A DNA stretch of 17,512 bases from Fidelibacterota bacterium (GTDB lineage: Bacteria > Fidelibacterota > Marinisomatia > Marinisomatales > TCS55): the NCBI GenBank assembly GCA_046861385.1, contig JBHHTW010000039.1, positions 1 to 17,512 of the forward strand, in the 5' to 3' direction. The position numbers and the translations under genes are program-made. The notes below the pieces were generated by a model, which worked only from the letters and a program-made list of their open reading frames with translations, did no database searches and was not told the DNA's origin. This document shows positions 7,142 through 14,300 of the stretch, piece after piece. The stretch's first letter is position 1. The number at the start of each line of letters is the position of its first letter.

Positions 7142-8164
7142 ATGTCAACACTTTTACTGTACTTTTTTCTGGCCCTGGGTATTTCATTCCTATGCTCTTT
7201 ACTTGAATCTGTATTGCTCTCTATGAGTCCTACTTATATCAATTTATTAATGAAAAAACACCCAGTATCCGGAAAATTATTAAACAAATTAAAAGAGAAT
7301 ATCAATCGACCTTTGGCGGCAATACTCTCTCTAAATACGATTTCTCATACTGTAGGGGCTGCTGGAGTTGGTGCAGTTACGTATGATATTTTGGGTAGTA
7401 AGTGGGTAGCTATAATGTCTGGAATCCTTACGTTGTCTATCCTCATATTTTCAGAAATTTTCCCAAAAACCATTGGTTCCCATTATTGGAAACACTTGGC
7501 TGTATCTTCCGGATACATAATTCGCGGACTAATAATTATTATGTATCCCTTTGTTATATTGTTAGAAGTGCTTTCAAACTGGCTGAAGCCAGATGTAAGA
7601 CAGGATATTGTTACTAAAGAAGATGTAATAGCTATGGCAGAAATAGGGGAGGATGAAGGCACTATTGAAGAAGACGAAAGTACTATCATTGAAAATCTTC
7701 TTCGATTGGATAATATTACAGCAGAAGAGGTTTTAACTCCACGATCTGTCGTTTATGCGTTGCAAAAAGATTTGACAGTACGTGAGGCATTGGATGAATA
7801 TGACAATATCATTTTTTCCAGAATACCAGTTTATAATAAAGATCTGGATGAAATTACCGGTTTAGTTCGACGGGATAATTTACTCAACAGTAAAGCAGAG
7901 GACAAATTTGATGTAACCATGGATGCATTGTCGAATCCTGTTCATGTTGTTCAGGAAAAAGATTCTGTAGGAACAATTCTTGATGAATTTGTACGCCGTC
8001 GGGAGCATTTATTTATTGTCAAAGATGAATTCGGTCAATTCGTAGGTATCATAACTTTGGAAGATGCTATTGAAACATTATTAGGAGTTGAGATAGTTGA
8101 TGAAACAGATTCGGTGGTCGATATGAGAAAACTAGCTGTCAGTCAAAGCAAAGAACGGAAATAG
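7142..8164 (+). CDS. CNNM/DUF21 + CBS-pair membrane protein (CorB/CorC, 'hemolysin family'; Mg2+/Co2+ homeostasis)
   Basis: 340 aa. DUF21 motifs SFLCSLLESVLLS, PLAAILSLNT and IFSEIFPKTIG. CBS motifs LTPRS, FSRIPVY and DEFGQFVGIITLEDAIETLLG.EIVDE.D. The protein ends without a CorC_HlyC domain. Confidence 0.9.
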   Translation: MSTLLLYFFLALGISFLCSLLESVLLSMSPTYINLLMKKHPVSGKLLNKLKENINRPLAAILSLNTISHTVGAAGVGAVTYDILGSKWVAIMSGILTLSILIFSEIFPKTIGSHYWKHLAVSSGYIIRGLIIIMYPFVILLEVLSNWLKPDVRQDIVTKEDVIAMAEIGEDEGTIEEDESTIIENLLRLDNITAEEVLTPRSVVYALQKDLTVREALDEYDNIIFSRIPVYNKDLDEITGLVRRDNLLNSKAEDKFDVTMDALSNPVHVVQEKDSVGTILDEFVRRREHLFIVKDEFGQFVGIITLEDAIETLLGVEIVDETDSVVDMRKLAVSQSKERK

Positions 8165-8257
8165 TAACGAGTAACTGGTTAGCGGTAACTGGTGAGCAGC
8201 CGGTGATTGGTGAGGTGTAGCTGGCAAGCGGTGAATGATGGATAGGAACTGGTTAAT
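8163..8257 (+). repeat. Degenerate 7-nt tandem repeat array (13 units plus one 4-nt insertion)
   Basis: agtaacg agtaact ggttagc ggtaact ggtgagc (agcc) ggtgatt ggtgagg tgtagct ggcaagc ggtgaat gatggat aggaact ggttaat; approximate consensus GGTRASY. Confidence 0.65.
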
Positions 8258-8378
8258 GAATCAGAAAAAAGGAAATCTGGAGAAATATCGACAATAAAAA
8301 ATGGTGGTTTTCAATTAACCTTTTTATTTATAAATATGCTCGTTTCTTAAAGCTCCAAGATAACCTAAATTTGGGGCT

Positions 8379-11300
8379 ATGAAGCGTGCCCTCTGTGTAT
8401 TCTCTTTATTGGTTCTGGGACTGGCTGCGTCCATTCTACCTGCTAAGATTCAGTTCTTTTTAACAGAACTGGATTTTATAAGCAATCAGCCCGTTCCGGA
8501 ATCTGAAATACAATTTAAACCTCACTTAAGAGTAGATTATGATGATGCGAACAATGTAATTCAAAAACTGCACCTAAATAAGCAGGGTAAAGTTACAAAA
8601 ACAGAGATATTTACTTACGATTCAACCCAAATACTCAAGACAAAAGATATTTATGTCCCTGAAGAAATTCTTGTGCAGAAAATCATGTTTGGCTTGGAGG
8701 AAAAAGCAGTGGACTATATTGAGTATGTCTATGGAGTGGATACAGTAAAAGACTGGGCGGATCGGTTTTCCATAATGGATTATAATCACCTTTCTCAACT
8801 CACCAATCATTCATTTTACGATGTCAATGCATTCATGTATGGAAATGCCCATTTTGAATACGATTCACTGGGACATTTATCGAAAGAAGAATGGATTCGC
8901 CATCCATCAAAAAAAACGATGTATCTATGGAATCATTTCTTCGATCCTGTTACCCAACTCACGCGCATAATGGAGTATGATTCTAACGGCGTGTTGGTGC
9001 AGGATTTTCGTTTAAACCCGGATGGATCTGAATCCATATTTTGGTTTAAAAATTTGGAAGATTCCACCTTTATTAATCATACCAAACTCGTTTTTTGGAA
9101 CGAAAGTTTCTTAGAGTGGGGTCGTGTTGTTTTCTTTAAAGTGAATTCTGACAGCACACAACATGATAGTGTTCAATATACATTACAGAAACAATATTTG
9201 AATGAAGGTAATTTCTCAGTAGAAATGGAGCTGGACTCTCTTCTACAGGATAGTGCCATGTATAACATCGTATTTAAGGGCTGGGGAAAAAGTGGCTATA
9301 AAGCAACAGAGCGGGGAATTTATGGCGTCATATATGATATTTCTTCCCCCATATTAGAGCTGAATATTAAGCCGTTTATTAATAAACCTTTCATTGCGTA
9401 CGATCATTCAGAACCCCTTACAAAAGCATCTCTTGAATGGATCACTATGCACGATTCCACCCAGATACTTTCTATAGAATTTGATTCGTTAGATTTGACA
9501 AAGTCAGGAAATGGTAAATTTCGCCTAGCTCACCAGGAGGAACTGACAGATAGTGTATTCTACAGAGTGACATTATCGGGTGTCGATAGGGCAGGCAATA
9601 TTTCCACACCAACAGAGTTGGATTCCATCATGTACGATATTCAGCGTCCGATTTTAGAATTGTCATCACCGGTTGTCGGTGAGCATAGAAATATTTCTTC
9701 CATTGCTTTTGCTAATAACGAACCAATCATCTCTTGGAAGATCATGGTGAAGTCTATGCTAGGAGTACCTGATTCCTTATCTCCTCATTATTACGAAACT
9801 GATTCCTCATTTTTCGATCCCGGAATAATAGAAAAGGACTTGTCTGACGAATTTAAATTGAGTGACGGCACTGTTTATCGGTTTGAACTAAGTGGGATCG
9901 ACCGAGCCGGAAACATCTCAACTATACATTCCGTTGACTCAGTGACTTACGATATAACACCACCTATTTTAACCATTATTTATCCCGCTTCCGGAGCTGT
10001 GGTTAATCAAGCTACGATATCATATAGCAACAACGAAAAATTGAGAGCTGGTGAATTCCGCTGGGAGCAGACAGAGGGCACCATGGATTCATCGGCTCCT
10101 CATATAATTCCATTAATTCAATCAGAGTTAGAAAAGGGTGATCATATTCAATATCGTTTATCAAACCAGGAGGAATTGAATGACGGAACGGTATATTCCC
10201 TAATGTTCGTTGGTCAGGATTTTGCTGGAAACGAAGGAATCGCACCTTCCCATGCAGATATTTTATTTGACGCCGTTCCACCGGAATTTTCCGATATAAA
10301 ACCCCTGAGCGGTTCTGCGCTGAATTATAAACATGTATCGTATACCCTCTCAGAAAAAATTGAAAGTGGTTCCATTACATGGATTTGGTTGGGAGGCATT
10401 AAAGATGAATCATCGCCTCATATTATGTCTTTTGTTGGTGATGAAATGGAAATTGGCGTCCATGATTCAATAATGCTCGAAATGGATCCACCGCTCGCTG
10501 ATGGAGGTGAATATCAGCTGGAATTAAACGCTATTGACTTTGCTGGAAATGTCGCTGAAACAAAAGTAGTGAATAATATTTTGTATGATTTTACGCCCCC
10601 ACAGATTACAGTTTCATATCCTATGGAAATGTCATTCTTACCCAAAACAACAATGACTTATTTTTTATCTGAATCATTGAAAAATGGCTCATTTTTATTG
10701 GAAAGAATATCGGGGAAAGAAGACCCAAAATCTCCTTATGAAATAGATTTATCCATCAATGAAAAACTCGCTGGTGAACATAATGATGTCCATTTGATTT
10801 TTATGCCAAAAGTAATTGAAGGGACGGTTTATAAATTATCATTTAACGGTTATGATCGGGCAAATAATTATACGTCTCCACTGGTTTTATCAGGACTACA
10901 ATATGATTTTACACCGCCGATAATTTCTATTATTGATCCCATGGACAATACGGATGTAAACCATTTGAGGATTAATTACGAATTCAGTGAATTGATGAAA
11001 GAAGCTGAAGTGTCATGGGAATGGACAGGCGGCGTTAATGATCCAAACCCAATTCATGGTCAGTCATTGGTTAGTGATGAACTGGCAGAAGGTATTCATC
11101 AAGGGACAGAATTATTAAATTCTCCTAACTTAATAGATGGGGGAATATATAATATTTCCATTTCTGCAAAAGACAGAGCCGGCAATAGTTCAAATATCCC
11201 CTCGGTCAGCCAAATTCGTTATGATATTACGGCTCCCGTAATCGTGCTGAATTATCCATCTGAAGGATCGTATGTCTCGACACCAGTTATCAGTTATGAA

Positions 11301-14300
11301 CTCAGTGAGAACCTTGATAGTGGGAAAATAATATTTACGCAAACGGGAGGTTCACTTGATACATTATCACCCCAGGAATTTGTAATGAGTTTTGAACTGA
11401 TGGAGAAAGGTGAGCACTCAAATATATTCAAACTGGATGGACCTGAATTAACTGAGGGCTCCATTTACACTATATCAATCGAAGGTAATGATAGAGCTGG
11501 GAATGAAGCTTCGATTGCCAGCGTTTCAGGAATAATCTATGATGCAACTCCCCCGATAATTTCCCTTCACACAGCTGATTCATCACTATTTGTTAACCAC
11601 AATAGAATTTCTTTTTCAAAGAGCGAGCCCATAAAACGCGGTGTCATAACCTGGAAACAAATAGGTGGAACGAATGACCCGGCATCTCCCCTGGTTATCG
11701 ATCTCACAGATGATGAATTAAGTAAAGATTCGTATGATAACTATACATTAATGAACGCTCCTCACTTAAACGATGGCTCCATCTACACGATTGAATTTAC
11801 CGCTGTTGATTTTGCTGGCAATATAAGCGAAACAGCCCAAATGGAAAATGTACTCTATGATATTTCACCCCCCGTACTGCAAATCGTTTCTCCCGGAAAC
11901 AATTATATTACAAATGGAACTGAACTCAGCGTGTCCATCTCTGAGGATTTATCAAACGGAAAAATTACCTGGGATGGAATTGATTCCGAAGGAAACTCTC
12001 AGTTAACCTCTTGGGAATTAAAGGAAGGAATATTGAATGGAGGCCAATATGATGTTAATGATTATTATATTCCGGATCTTATAGATGGCGGAATTTATTC
12101 GATCACATTCAATGCTCAAGATCCTGCAGGCAATGAATCAATACCCGTCAAGATAGATAACTATCGAGTTGATAGAACCCCGCCTGTATTTACAAACATG
12201 AAACCAGTAACAGGTTCTTTTATCAACAGAGATTTTGTAGGATATACCCTCAGTGAAGATATGCAAAAAGGAGTGATCCTGATGGAATCAAAGAACGGGA
12301 CCATCAGCGTCCCTTTGCAAGGTCAGGAACTTAAAAGCGGTGAGCATCCGTTAGACCAGTTATTGGCAAAACCAAATTGGACGGACGGCGAAAATTATCA
12401 CTTAGAATTTGTCGGTAGTGATTTTGCAGAAAATGTTTCAGATACCGTGTATTTGAATGATATTTATTATGATATTTCTCCACCAATTTTCACGTTGACC
12501 AATCCCGGCAGTGATGACTATATAAATGAAACTATAGTCACATTTTCCGTCAATGAATCGCTAGCAAATGGACAAATGATTTGGGTCTCTGATACTGGAG
12601 ATTCCCTTGTGATTGAATTGGCGGAATCCCGATTGCTAAAAGGGGATCATGTCATAAATGATTCTATTGATTTTGTTGAAAAAATACCCTACTCCATATT
12701 TTTCAGGGGAATAGATCTGGCTGGGAATCACGGTTCGTCGGACCCCATATCAAATGTTCGATTTGATATAACCAAACCCGAACTGAAAATAATATCACCG
12801 GAAGAAAATTCGATTGTGAACCATTTATTAGTGAGTTACCACCTGAATGAAGATTTGCAATCTAGTAAATTGTTTTGGCAGGATGTGAGTGGCATGGATA
12901 ATAATTCAGTACATGAGATTGCTCTGACCGGGGACGAAATGATCGCCGGGGATCATATTGATATTACGTTAAACAAGTTACCGGAATTATTGGATGGAGC
13001 GTCCTATATGATCCAAATGGAAGGCTCGGATTTAGCAGGAAATAAGAACATAGCCGAACCAATTAAAAGTTATACGCTTGATTTTTCTCCACCGGTATTT
13101 TCAAAAATAAAACCTCCTTCCGGAGCGCTGATAAACCAGGTTGAACTTGAATACACAATTAGTGAAAATTTAAAATCAGGTACTATAACGTTCGTTCGGA
13201 CCGATGGTGAACCCGATCAAAAAAGCCCACATATTGTTAAGCTGTCCGGGAAGAAACTGAACAAGGGAACCCGAGGAGGTGTATTGCCATCAAACTTAGT
13301 ACCACTGACGAATGGCAGTGTTTATAAAATTGAATTTAGCGGAATAGACAGTGCCGGGAATACCTCAGAAGACATGGCGGTAGAAAACATATCTTTTGAT
13401 AATGAACTCCCAGTAGTTTTTATAAAAGCCCCTCAGCATAATGTTACTATAAACAACCTTGCTTGTGATTATATAATTGGCGAAGATATGGTTTCTGGGC
13501 AGTTAATAGTGGAAATTGATTCAAAAAATAAATTAGTCATTGAACTTAAAGAAGATGAAATGAAAGCGGGAGAATATGCACAGTTTCTGCCTCCTGAACT
13601 GGCTGAATTAGATGACGGAGTTACTTTGAATTTCACATTGGTAGGCAGTGATGCCGCCGGGAATATCGCAAAACCACACTCGATTGAAAATGTGAAATAT
13701 GATACAACTCACCCTGTGGTAACAATCGTTGATCCATCCACCGATGATATCATCAATTATACAACAATTTCTATAAATATTAGCGAAGATTTAGCGGTGG
13801 GGAATCTAACCATTATACAAACGGGAGGCGTAGTCGATAGCCGTTCACCGATTACAATTCCCTTGCAGACAACAGAAATGAAATCGGGATCTTATGAATT
13901 TATCCAATTGGAATACGGTCCCAAATTTCAAAATGGCTCGATTTATACTTACGAATTTTCCGGAGAAGATTTTGCAGGAAATCCGGTCTTAAGCCAATCG
14001 GTGATAAATATTTTATATGATAATGAACCACCTGTTATTTCAATCAGTAAACCCATCGATTCTGAACATATTAAGAACACGGAGGTCAGTTTTATTTCAT
14101 CTGACCAATTATCCCGCGGATTAGTCACTTTTGAACGAACCGGTGGATCAACGGATTCCAAGTCACCTCATGTAATTGAGTTAGAGGGAACACAGTTAAG
14201 AGAGGGCATACACATGGACGAAAATATTACTATTCCGAATGCTTTAGCAGATGGATCAATATATTTAATATCAATTCAAGGATGGGACAACGCCGGTAAT

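Noticed and set aside
3112-7689. Short nested ORFs inside the acylase, TIGR02206 and CNNM genes
   Set aside because: They are fully contained in well-supported genes and have no independent coding signal.
8163-8257. CRISPR array
   Set aside because: The period is 7 nt with no repeat-spacer structure, and there are no cas genes.
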